A DNA stretch of 28,160 bases from IMG/VR virus record IMGVR_UViG_3300027770_000207, positions 1 to 28,160 of that record; one strand, given 5' to 3'. The position numbers and the translations under genes are program-made. This document shows, piece after piece, positions 9,244 through 17,907 of this stretch. The notes below the pieces were generated by a model that searched no databases, was not told the DNA's origin, and worked only from the letters and a program-made list of their open reading frames with translations. The stretch comes from a virus. Its lineage: Duplodnaviria > Caudoviricetes. Within the stretch, counting starts at the first letter, position 1; the number at the start of each line of letters is the position of its first letter.

Positions 9244-9717
9244 ATGACTAAAATTGAAGATAAAGTAAATGAAATATTAGGTATTGAATCTACAGAAAAA
9301 CCTACGTTAGAATCTGTTATAAAAGTAGAAAATCCACCTGTACCAAGAATACAAGACAAGAATAAAGCTGATATAGATAGTGACTATGAATATAGTAGAG
9401 AGAATTATTATAATCTTATTGAAAAAGGCCAACAAGCTATTGAAGGTATATTAGAGATTGCTAAAGAAGGCCAACATCCAAGGGCATATGAAGTAGCAGG
9501 CCAACTTATAGCAAATGTGGCAGGTACGGTAGATAAGTTACAAGATTTACAAAAGAAATTAAAAGAATTAAAAGATTTACCTAAAACTGCTTCGCCTCAA
9601 ATCAAAAATGCTTTGTTCGTAGGAAGTACAAAAGAGTTACAACAAATGTTGAAAGCAAATGAGAATACTAAAAGCAACAAAAAGTTACCTGAACAAACAG
9701 ACGTTTCAGATAAGTGA
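9244..9717 (+). CDS. gp16: Terminase small subunit gp16
   Basis: DYEYSRENYYNLIEKG, HPRAYEVAGQLI and NALFVGSTKELQ motifs. ATG 9244 preferred over TTG 9229. Confidence 0.9.
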   Translation: MTKIEDKVNEILGIESTEKPTLESVIKVENPPVPRIQDKNKADIDSDYEYSRENYYNLIEKGQQAIEGILEIAKEGQHPRAYEVAGQLIANVAGTVDKLQDLQKKLKELKDLPKTASPQIKNALFVGSTKELQQMLKANENTKSNKKLPEQTDVSDK

Positions 9718-9946
9718 TTTAACATTTATTCGAACGGCCATACCTTTAAAAGAAATACTTAATGGAGAAGAAATGATTGAACCTATACAAATAGTTAAAC
9801 ACACCATAAATGATGTATCACGTATGGGTGCTAACGGCATTCCTTATATTGAAAAACAATACAGCGTTTATAAAGGCAATCAAAGAATAAAGGCCGCTTT
9901 ACAATTAGGTTATACACATATAGAAGGAACCATAATTAATGAATAA
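9659..9946 (+). CDS. Small hypothetical protein, ParB/Srx N-domain-like
   Basis: EPIQIV..YSVYKGNQRIKAALQLGYTHI resembles the ParB/Srx G.HR..A..LG motif. Overlaps both neighbours. Confidence 0.55.
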   Translation: MRILKATKSYLNKQTFQISDLTFIRTAIPLKEILNGEEMIEPIQIVKHTINDVSRMGANGIPYIEKQYSVYKGNQRIKAALQLGYTHIEGTIINE

Positions 9947-10502
9947 TTATAAAGAACATATTTTTCCTACTGAAAGTTTAATTGGTGGTTGGTATATGCC
10001 TGAATCTATTTGTGATAATATGGTAGAGATATTTAAGACAAGTAAAAAAGAGGAAAACAAAATATATTTAAATAAAGAAGATGTTACTGATCCTGTTTTA
10101 AAGATAAGTTTAGAAGCTGGTATTAGAAATAAAGACTATGAAGATCATTTAAATAATATTTTAGAATTATATAAACAGAAATATAGTTTTTGTAATATTG
10201 GTACTTATGGTATTAATGATTTAATTAAAATACAATACTATGAACCAAATGAAGGATTTTTTAAATGGCATATTGAAAACACTTATAAGCCTCATAATAA
10301 AAAAAGACATCTAGTTTTTATGACATATCTAAATGACGTTGAGAATGGTGGTACAGAATTTTTATATCAAAATCTTATCAGTCCAGCAAAAAAAGGTTTA
10401 ACTTTGTTTTGGCCTGCTTACTATACACATCCTCATAGAGGACAGATAAGTAGTACACAAGAAAAATATATAGCAACAGCGTGGTACACATTTAATGAGT
10501 GA
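9939..10502 (+). CDS. 2OG-Fe(II) oxygenase (prolyl 4-hydroxylase-like)
   Basis: IQYY.P..GF..WHIE, MTYLNDV..GGTEF, WPA..THPHRG, KYIATAW. Confidence 0.85.
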   Translation: MNNYKEHIFPTESLIGGWYMPESICDNMVEIFKTSKKEENKIYLNKEDVTDPVLKISLEAGIRNKDYEDHLNNILELYKQKYSFCNIGTYGINDLIKIQYYEPNEGFFKWHIENTYKPHNKKRHLVFMTYLNDVENGGTEFLYQNLISPAKKGLTLFWPAYYTHPHRGQISSTQEKYIATAWYTFNE

Positions 10503-12138
10503 AAAATCTTCAGTATATCTTGGTAATCCTAATCTTAAAAAGGTAAACGTACCTGTAGAATTTACACAAGAACAAATACAAGAGTTTGATTTATGTTCTA
10601 AAGACCCTTTATATTTTATTCAAAACTATGTAAAGATTGTTTCTTTAGATGAGGGATTAGTACCTTTTAAAATGTATGGCTTTCAAAAAGAAATAGTAGG
10701 TACAATACATAATAATCGTTTTACTATATGTAAACTTCCGAGACAGTCAGGTAAATCAACCACAATTGTTTCTTATTTACTTCACTATGCTTTGTTTAAT
10801 CCAAATTGTAACATAGCTATATTAGCTAACAAATCATCTACTGCTAGAGATATATTAGGTCGTTTGCAGTTGGCCTATGAGAATATACCAAAGTTTTTAC
10901 AACAAGGTGTATTAAACTGGAATAAAGGTAATATTGAATTAGAAAACGGTAGTAAGATTGTGGCTGCTGCTACATCTTCAAGTGCCATTCGAGGAGGTTC
11001 ATATAATATAATATTCTTAGACGAGTTTGCTTTCGTACCAGCAACTATTGCTGAACAATTTTTTAGTTCAGTGTTTCCTACAATTTCTTCTGGTAAAAGT
11101 ACAAAGATGGTTATTGTTTCAACACCTCACGGAATGAATATGTATTATAAGTTGTGGTCTGATTCTGTAAATAAATTAAATGATTATATTCCTGTAGATG
11201 TTCATTGGTCAGAAGTTCCTGGTCGTGATGAAAAATGGAAAGAAGAAACAATACGTAATACAAGTAAAGAACAATTTGCTAGTGAGTTTGAGTGTGAATT
11301 TTTAGGATCAATAGATACTTTAATATCACCATCTAAAATCAAAGTCATACCTTATGTGAGACCATTGCAATCACAAGGAGGTTTAGATATATTTGAAAGG
11401 CCAGATAAAGAAAAAATATATGTTTGTACTGTTGACGTAGCGAGAGGTATTACAAAAGATTATTCAGCGTTTGTTATATTTGATGTAACTCAAATGCCAT
11501 ATAAAGTTGTGGCCAAATATCGTAACAACGAAATTAAACCTTTAGTGTTTCCTAATATTATAGAACAAACTTGTAAGGCCTTTAATAGAGCCCACATATT
11601 AGTAGAAGTAAATGATTTGGGTGGACAAATATCTGATGCTGTTCATTATGATTTAGAATATGACAATGTATTAATGACTACACAAAGAGGTAGAGCTGGC
11701 CAAGTTTTAGGTACAGGTTTCAGTGGCCGTGGTAGTCAGTTAGGTGTTCGTATGACTAAACAAATTAAAAAAATAGGTTGTTCTAATTTAAAAACTATTA
11801 TTGAATCTGATAAACTAATTGTAAATGACTTTAACATAATAGAAGAAATGTCTACCTTTGCTAGACGACATAACTCTTGGATGGCAGAAGAAGGATGTAA
11901 TGACGATCTAATGACTTGTCTTATTATATTTGGCTGGTTATCAAATCAAACATACTTTAAAGAATTAAGTAATTCTGATGTTCGTTCTAAATTATATGAA
12001 GAACAGTCTAATATAATTGAACAGGATATGGCCCCTTTTGGTTTTATAGATGATGGCTTATCTACTGAAGATACTCAACCATTTAAAGATGAGTATGGAG
12101 AAACGTGGCATCCTGTAGTAAGAAAAGGCGAAAGTTAG
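10495..12138 (+). CDS. gp17: Terminase large subunit gp17
   Basis: YLGNPNLK, Walker A PRQSGKST, Walker B IFLDEFAF, STP.G.N, nuclease DVARG..DYS and NDDL motifs. Confidence 0.97.
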   Translation: MSEKSSVYLGNPNLKKVNVPVEFTQEQIQEFDLCSKDPLYFIQNYVKIVSLDEGLVPFKMYGFQKEIVGTIHNNRFTICKLPRQSGKSTTIVSYLLHYALFNPNCNIAILANKSSTARDILGRLQLAYENIPKFLQQGVLNWNKGNIELENGSKIVAAATSSSAIRGGSYNIIFLDEFAFVPATIAEQFFSSVFPTISSGKSTKMVIVSTPHGMNMYYKLWSDSVNKLNDYIPVDVHWSEVPGRDEKWKEETIRNTSKEQFASEFECEFLGSIDTLISPSKIKVIPYVRPLQSQGGLDIFERPDKEKIYVCTVDVARGITKDYSAFVIFDVTQMPYKVVAKYRNNEIKPLVFPNIIEQTCKAFNRAHILVEVNDLGGQISDAVHYDLEYDNVLMTTQRGRAGQVLGTGFSGRGSQLGVRMTKQIKKIGCSNLKTIIESDKLIVNDFNIIEEMSTFARRHNSWMAEEGCNDDLMTCLIIFGWLSNQTYFKELSNSDVRSKLYEEQSNIIEQDMAPFGFIDDGLSTEDTQPFKDEYGETWHPVVRKGES

Positions 12139-12164
12139 TATAAAAAAGTACAAAACCAGTGTAT

Positions 12165-12172
12165 TATAAATA
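12165..12172 (+). promoter_or_regulatory. T4-type late promoter
   Basis: Exact TATAAATA upstream of gp18. Confidence 0.8.
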
Positions 12173-12268
12173 GATTGTAGATGATTAACTTTGATTATGG
12201 GCGTATGAATAATACGAGTTTTGAATAACATATGTTAAAATTAGCTAATTAAAAAAGGAGAAAACCTA

Positions 12269-14191
12269 ATGGCATTTCAAGTATCACCAGGTGTTCTCGT
12301 ACAGGAAAGAGATCTAACAAGAATTATTCCTGCTGTATCAACTTCGGTAGGTGCTATAGCAGCTAGATTCTTAAAAGGTCCACTTGATGAAATCGTAACG
12401 GTTTCTAGCGAGCAAGAATTAGTAGACACGTTTGGCAAACCAGACTCAAATAACTTTGAGGACTTTTTTTGTGCTGCCAACTTTCTACAATACTCTAACG
12501 CTTTAAGAGTAGTACGAGCAACTAACACAGGATTATTAAACGCTACCGCTAACACAAGTGGTATTTTAATAAAAAATACACAAGACTACCAAGACAACTA
12601 TTCTACAGGATCAGCTTCAATCGGAACTTTTGCTGCTAGACAAGCAGGTGCTTTTGGTAACAATTTATCAGTATCAACTTGTCCAAGTGCTACAGCATAC
12701 ACGACAGCGGCAGTTACAACATTAAATGACGCTTCAGCAGACGTTGCTGATACTTCGGTAACTGTAACATCAGCGGCAAGTATTAACGTAGGAGATATAT
12801 TAGAATTTTCTACATCTGCTGCTGGAACAGATTATGATGGTTACAAATATAGAGTAACTGGTATAGCTTCTACACTTGTTACTTTTGTAAGAGCAGATAC
12901 AGGCCAAGGCGGATTGCAAGTAGCATTAACAAACGGTGCTAATGTAAAACGTTATTGGAAATATTACGATCAAGTAGCTGGTGCTCCAGGTACTTCACCA
13001 TTTGCTTCTGATAGAGGCGGTTCTAATGACGAAATTCACATTGTCGTTGTAGATGAAGATGGTGGTATTTCTGGTACTGCTGGTACAATCTTAGAAGTGT
13101 TTGACTCAGCATCAAAAGCTGCTGACGCTAAAACACCTCAAGGAGATTCAAATTATTATGTAGATGTAATTTACAATAAATCAAGATATATTTATTGGAT
13201 GGACCATAATTCAAGTGGTTCAAACTGGGGCTCAAACGCTGCTGGTGTTACTTTTACAGCTGTAACTGTTCCAACTTTAGAATCACTATCAGGTGGTTCA
13301 GATGGTTCTGCAGTAACAGTAGGTCAGAAAAAGACTGCTTATGAAAAATTCCAAGATGCTGAAACAGTAGACATTGGATTAATTATAGCTGGAACTTGTA
13401 CGACTACACACATTGACAATTTAATTACAATTGCAGAAAATAGAAAAGACGCTATAGCGTTTGTATCTCCAGAGAGAGCAGACGTTGTGAATGTTGCTTC
13501 TGCTAACACACAAACTCTAAACGTTATTGATGCTTACTCAACTATTCGTTCATCTTCTTATGTGGTGTTCGATAGTGGATACAAATATCAATACGATAGA
13601 TACAATGATGTTTACAGATACGTTCCATTAAATGGCGATATGGCTGGCTTAGCGGCTAGAACTGATCTAATTGCTGACTCTTGGTATTCACCAGCCGGTT
13701 TTAACCGTGGTAATGTAAGAGGCGCAGTTAAATTAGCATACAATCCTAATAAGACACAAAGAGATGATCTATACAGAAGCAGAATCAATCCAGTAGTAAC
13801 TTTCCCTGGACAAGGTACTGTGCTGTTTGGTGATAAAACAGGATTAAGTGCTCCATCTGCTTTCGATAGAATAAATGTACGAAGATTGTTTATCACTTTA
13901 GAAAAAGCAATCGCTACGGCTTCTAAATTCCAATTGTTTGAATTTAATGACGAGTTTACTAGAGCAAACTTTAGAAATATCGTTGAACCATTCTTACGAG
14001 AAGTACAAGGTAGACGTGGTGTCACAGACTTTTTAGTCGTGTGTGACGAAACAAATAATACAGGCGACGTAATTGATAGAAATGAATTTGTAGCAGAAAT
14101 ATTTATTAAACCTGCTAGAAGTATCAACTTTATTACATTATCGTTTATAGCAACCAGAACTGGCGTTTCTTTTGAAGAAGTGGCAGGGTAA
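12269..14191 (+). CDS. gp18: Tail sheath protein gp18
   Basis: SPGVLVQERDLT, WYSPAGFNRG, AFDRINVRRLF, IKPARSINFITL.F.ATRTG. SD AAGGAG. Confidence 0.97.
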   Translation: MAFQVSPGVLVQERDLTRIIPAVSTSVGAIAARFLKGPLDEIVTVSSEQELVDTFGKPDSNNFEDFFCAANFLQYSNALRVVRATNTGLLNATANTSGILIKNTQDYQDNYSTGSASIGTFAARQAGAFGNNLSVSTCPSATAYTTAAVTTLNDASADVADTSVTVTSAASINVGDILEFSTSAAGTDYDGYKYRVTGIASTLVTFVRADTGQGGLQVALTNGANVKRYWKYYDQVAGAPGTSPFASDRGGSNDEIHIVVVDEDGGISGTAGTILEVFDSASKAADAKTPQGDSNYYVDVIYNKSRYIYWMDHNSSGSNWGSNAAGVTFTAVTVPTLESLSGGSDGSAVTVGQKKTAYEKFQDAETVDIGLIIAGTCTTTHIDNLITIAENRKDAIAFVSPERADVVNVASANTQTLNVIDAYSTIRSSSYVVFDSGYKYQYDRYNDVYRYVPLNGDMAGLAARTDLIADSWYSPAGFNRGNVRGAVKLAYNPNKTQRDDLYRSRINPVVTFPGQGTVLFGDKTGLSAPSAFDRINVRRLFITLEKAIATASKFQLFEFNDEFTRANFRNIVEPFLREVQGRRGVTDFLVVCDETNNTGDVIDRNEFVAEIFIKPARSINFITLSFIATRTGVSFEEVAG

Positions 14192-14212
14192 ATTTAGAAT
14201 AGGAGAATAAAA

Positions 14213-14740
14213 ATGGCTAACATCACAGACTTCAAAGCTAAACTTGCCGGCGGTGGCGCTCGTGCCAATCAGTTTAAGGTAACAATGCCTTTTCCTGGTT
14301 ACGCTCAAGTTGGTGGCGAAATAGAAGAACTAGCGTTTCTTTGCAAAGCAACAGTTATTCCTGCTATGACAGTAGGTACGGTCGATATTAAATTTAGAGG
14401 CCGATCTATTAAAATAGCTGGAGATAGAACTTTTGCTGATTGGAACGTAACAGTTATAAATGACACTAACTTTAAAGTTAGAAATGCTTTCGAAAGATGG
14501 CAAAATGGTATTAACAATATGTCAGATAACGAAGGATTAACAAATCCTGCTGATTATCAAGTTGACGCTTTCGTAGATCAACTAGACAGAAATGGTAATA
14601 CTGTTAAGTCTTACACTTTAAGAAGTTTATTTCCAACAAACATTGGTGAAATTGCTTTAAGTTATGATACGGTTGATGCTATTGAAGAATTTTCAGTAAC
14701 ATTTGCTTATCAGTTTTTTGAAACAAATACTACTACTTAA
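14213..14740 (+). CDS. gp19: Tail tube protein gp19
   Basis: GGGARANQF, FRGRSIKIAGDRTFADW.VTVINDT.F, IEEFSVTF.Y. Confidence 0.96.
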   Translation: MANITDFKAKLAGGGARANQFKVTMPFPGYAQVGGEIEELAFLCKATVIPAMTVGTVDIKFRGRSIKIAGDRTFADWNVTVINDTNFKVRNAFERWQNGINNMSDNEGLTNPADYQVDAFVDQLDRNGNTVKSYTLRSLFPTNIGEIALSYDTVDAIEEFSVTFAYQFFETNTTT

Positions 14741-14753
14741 TAGAGTATTAATG

Positions 14754-14782
14754 AAAAGAGCCGCCTAAAAGCGGCTCTTTTT
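14754..14782 (+). terminator. Intrinsic terminator after gp19 (possibly bidirectional)
   Basis: AAAAGAGCCGC-ctaaaa-GCGGCTCTTTT-T perfect stem with T tract. Confidence 0.88.
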
Positions 14783-14787
14783 AGACT

Positions 14788-14795
14788 TATAAATA
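14788..14795 (+). promoter_or_regulatory. T4-type late promoter
   Basis: Exact TATAAATA just after the terminator, upstream of gp20. Confidence 0.82.
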
Positions 14796-14800
14796 ATATT

Positions 14801-14854
14801 ATGAAACAACACTACACATTTTCTAAACATACAATTGATGAAAAGAGGATTTAA
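14801..14854 (+). CDS. Candidate leaderless 17-aa uORF MKQHYTFSKHTIDEKRI
   Basis: ATG at the predicted +1 of the late promoter. Stop 2 nt before the gp20 ATG; last codons cover the gp20 SD (GAGGA). Confidence 0.35.
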   Translation: MKQHYTFSKHTIDEKRI

Positions 14855-14856
14855 TT

Positions 14857-16359
14857 ATGGCAGATTTATTTGGATTTAGTATAACACGTAAGAAAAAAGA
14901 ACAAGACCCCAAACAAAGTTTTAGTATACCAGTTGCTGATGACGGCGCAACAACCGTTTCTGCTGTTGGTGGTTATTTTGGTCAATATTTGGATTTAGAG
15001 GGCACAGCAAAAAACGAAGCTGATCTAGTAAGAAGATATAGAGAAATTTCATTACATCCAGAATGTGATACAGCTATAGATGATATAGTTAATGAAGCAA
15101 TTGTTGTAAATGAAAATAGAGATTCGGTTAATGTAAATTTAACCTCTTTACCTTTTGGTGTAGAGATTAGAAGAAAAATAGAAGATGAATTTAAAACTAT
15201 ATTACGTTTGATGGATTTTAATACAAAAGGCCACGACATCTTTAGAAGATGGTATGTAGATGGCCGTATGTTTTATCAAAAAGTTATTGATAGAGAAAAT
15301 CCTAGAAATGGTATTGTAGAATTAAAATACATTGATCCTAGAAAAATTAAAAAAGTAAGAGAAGTTAGAAAACAAAGACAACAAGTTACATTAGATATTA
15401 TAAGTGAATATGAAGAATATTATATGTTTAATGAAAGAGGTGTTTCTGGTGCTACTTCTGGTTCTGGTATTAGAATTGCTCCAGATACAATTTCTTACAC
15501 ATCTTCAGGACTAATAGATCAAAATAGAAATTTAATTTTATCTTATTTACATAAAGCAATTAAATCAGTTAATCAATTAAGAATGATTGAAGATGCTATG
15601 GTAATCTATCGTATCGCCAGAGCGCCTGAAAGAAGAATATTTTATATTGATGTAGGTAATTTACCTAAGATCAAAGCAGAACAATATTTAAGAGATGTAA
15701 TGGCACGTTATAGAAATAAACTTGTCTATGATGCTAATACTGGTGAAATTAGAGATGATAGAAACTATATGAATATGTTAGAAGATTATTGGTTACCACG
15801 TAGAGAAGGTGGTAGAGGAACCGAAATCACTACATTACCAGGTGGCCAAAACTTAGGAGAAATTGCTGATATAGAATATTTCCAAAAGAAATTATATCGT
15901 TCTCTTAACGTTCCAATTAGTAGATTGGAGTCAGGTACTGGTTTTAATATGGGCCGTTCTGCTGAAATTAGTAGAGACGAATTGAAATTCACAAAATTTG
16001 TTGGTAGATTAAGAAAGAAATTTACAGAATTGTTTAGTGATATTTTAAAAACACAGTTAATATTAAAAGGTGTTATTGCTGAAGAAGATTGGGGTACAAT
16101 ACAAGCAAACCTTAGTTACGATTTTATAAGTGATGGACATTTTTCTGAATTAAAAGAGAGTGAAATGTTAAAAGATCGTATTGCTTTAGCTGACAGTATG
16201 TCTAATTACGTTGGTAAATATTTTTCAAATAGATACATTCGTAAAAATGTTTTAAAACAAACTGATAGAGACATTGAAGATATTGACAGTCAAATACAAG
16301 AAGAAGGTTCGGATACAGAAGTTTTAGATACAAAAACTACTAAAAATCCAAATCTTTAA
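14857..16359 (+). CDS. gp20: Portal protein gp20
   Basis: FRRWYVDGR, YLHKAIK..NQLRMIEDA.VIYRIARAPERRIFYIDVGNLPK, EDYWLPRREGGRGTEITTLPGGQNLG. Confidence 0.98.
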   Translation: MADLFGFSITRKKKEQDPKQSFSIPVADDGATTVSAVGGYFGQYLDLEGTAKNEADLVRRYREISLHPECDTAIDDIVNEAIVVNENRDSVNVNLTSLPFGVEIRRKIEDEFKTILRLMDFNTKGHDIFRRWYVDGRMFYQKVIDRENPRNGIVELKYIDPRKIKKVREVRKQRQQVTLDIISEYEEYYMFNERGVSGATSGSGIRIAPDTISYTSSGLIDQNRNLILSYLHKAIKSVNQLRMIEDAMVIYRIARAPERRIFYIDVGNLPKIKAEQYLRDVMARYRNKLVYDANTGEIRDDRNYMNMLEDYWLPRREGGRGTEITTLPGGQNLGEIADIEYFQKKLYRSLNVPISRLESGTGFNMGRSAEISRDELKFTKFVGRLRKKFTELFSDILKTQLILKGVIAEEDWGTIQANLSYDFISDGHFSELKESEMLKDRIALADSMSNYVGKYFSNRYIRKNVLKQTDRDIEDIDSQIQEEGSDTEVLDTKTTKNPNL

Positions 16360-16367
16360 TATAAATA
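16360..16367 (+). promoter_or_regulatory. T4-type late promoter
   Basis: Exact TATAAATA directly after the gp20 stop. Confidence 0.8.
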
Positions 16368-16384
16368 TAGTATAGGAGAAAAAT

Positions 16385-16630
16385 ATGAGTGAACACGTTA
16401 AAAGTTTTATAGATAAATTATCATTAGGACAAGCGGCTGAAGCTGGTGAAGCTTTTAAAGACGCTTTAAGAGATAAAGTTGGAGATGCTTTAGAGGCTAG
16501 AAGAAAAGAATTAGCTGGTGTATTGTTTCAAGGTAAAATTGAAGCAGAAACACACAGTGATCCTAAACCTGTAATTGCTGAGCCATCTGCTATAACTGAA
16601 CCAGTTGCTAATGAAAAACAAGGTCAGTAA
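16385..16630 (+). CDS. Small prohead core protein (positional gp67-like)
   Basis: Small helical ORF right after gp20 with SD AGGAG. Function assigned from T4 synteny only. Confidence 0.55.
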   Translation: MSEHVKSFIDKLSLGQAAEAGEAFKDALRDKVGDALEARRKELAGVLFQGKIEAETHSDPKPVIAEPSAITEPVANEKQGQ

Positions 16631-16859
16631 TTTAGTAAAAGAGACTAGAGTTATGGACTCAAAGTCTTATAACGAATTAACGCCTGTAATGAAAGAGGCA
16701 GTTAAAGAAGTTATTAAGATTATTGAAAATGAACAAAAAGATATTATAAAAAGTTTTGAAGGAGCTGTAGAAAAAGTTGTAGCTTCACGTAATATTAAAC
16801 AAGAAGATTTATATAACTATTTTGATAAAGAAGTAAACGAACAATTAGGAATAAAATAA
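16611..16859 (+). CDS. Hypothetical, possible prohead core protein (positional gp68-like)
   Basis: Charged helical ORF between gp20 and gp21. ATG 16611 preferred to TTG 16605. Confidence 0.45.
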   Translation: MKNKVSNLVKETRVMDSKSYNELTPVMKEAVKEVIKIIENEQKDIIKSFEGAVEKVVASRNIKQEDLYNYFDKEVNEQLGIK

Positions 16860-17111
16860 ATGTCAACAATTATAGTAAAAGGAACTGTTACTACAAATCC
16901 TTTTTTGGATAATATTAGTAGAGCTCAATTTGTTAATTGTGTAGCTACAAGTAATGCTCAAACGATTGAAGTACGTTCTGAAGATAGTACAGTTTTAGGA
17001 GAATTTTATTTACATTTAGCAGGAGATTCTATTACAATAGAAAAAGCTCCTGGAGATGTTATAACTTTGGCTGCTGGAAAAGTTAGCGCTGTAGGTTCTC
17101 CAAGAAGTTAA
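16860..17111 (+). CDS. Hypothetical protein (head cluster)
   Basis: Abuts both neighbours; beta-rich 83 aa. Confidence 0.6.
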   Translation: MSTIIVKGTVTTNPFLDNISRAQFVNCVATSNAQTIEVRSEDSTVLGEFYLHLAGDSITIEKAPGDVITLAAGKVSAVGSPRS

Positions 17112-17113
17112 TT

Positions 17114-17485
17114 ATGACTATATCAACTACGACATTAGTAGATGATAGTTTTAAAGTTATTATAAAGGCCAACGGTGTTGGTAATGAATCTGAACAAGTT
17201 TTAGTAAGTGCTTTAGAATTAAATAATGCTTCAAGTGAACCAAAGATTTCTATAGCAAATGTTTATTATGAAATTGAAGGTGGTGGAAATATTAATTTAT
17301 TATTTAATACTGATGAAGAAGCTCTAACAATTAATGGTAGAGGCAACTACGGTTTAAAACCTGGTGAACCTAAAATTGAGGCAACTTCAACAGGCAATGG
17401 TAATATTTTGTTAACAAGTGACAACAACGTAACAAGTTATAATATTGTTATAGAGTGTCATAAAGAAAAAGGATTTACAAATTAA
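17114..17485 (+). CDS. Hypothetical, likely virion protein; paralog of 17485..17877
   Basis: Aligns along its length with the next ORF (TTTLVD..KVIIK, GRGNYGL, GNILLTS..YNIVIE). Confidence 0.65.
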   Translation: MTISTTTLVDDSFKVIIKANGVGNESEQVLVSALELNNASSEPKISIANVYYEIEGGGNINLLFNTDEEALTINGRGNYGLKPGEPKIEATSTGNGNILLTSDNNVTSYNIVIECHKEKGFTN

Positions 17486-17877
17486 TGGCAGATACAGTTA
17501 CAACACAAACATTGGTAGACACATCAGGTGTAAAATATGTTATTAAATTAACAAACATTTCTGATGGTACTGGAGAAACAGATGTTACAAAAGTGGATTC
17601 TTCAACAACTACTTTTATGACAGAAGATGGTAACAGAAAAATTGCTAAAGTATGGTTTTCTGTAAACACATCAAATCCAAAATCAGCAGTGGAACTTAAA
17701 TGGGCTGGTGCTACAAATGCTACTGCTTTGTTTTTAAGTGGTCAAGGTTTTTTTGATTTAAGAGAAGCTGGAGATGAGATAACAAATAATGCTACTACGC
17801 CAACTGGTGATGTATTATTAAGTACAAGAAATTTTGCTAGTGGAGATAACTATTCATTAGTAATAGAATTTAGATAA
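17485..17877 (+). CDS. Hypothetical, likely virion protein; paralog of 17114..17485
   Basis: TQTLVD..KYVIK, GQGFFDL, GDVLLST..YSLVIE. TAATG stop/start overlap. Confidence 0.65.
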   Translation: MADTVTTQTLVDTSGVKYVIKLTNISDGTGETDVTKVDSSTTTFMTEDGNRKIAKVWFSVNTSNPKSAVELKWAGATNATALFLSGQGFFDLREAGDEITNNATTPTGDVLLSTRNFASGDNYSLVIEFR

Positions 17878-17879
17878 TT

Positions 17880-17887
17880 TATAAATA
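17880..17887 (+). promoter_or_regulatory. T4-type late promoter
   Basis: Exact TATAAATA before gp21. Confidence 0.8.
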
Positions 17888-17907
17888 GTAAGTAACTAAG
17901 AGGGAAA

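Noticed and set aside
6621-10502. Oxygenases as TET/JBP base-modifying enzymes explaining the GGCC bias
   Set aside because: Motifs look like prolyl-hydroxylase/TIGR02466-type families and no adjacent methyltransferase is seen. Cannot be excluded without an HMM search, but unsupported.
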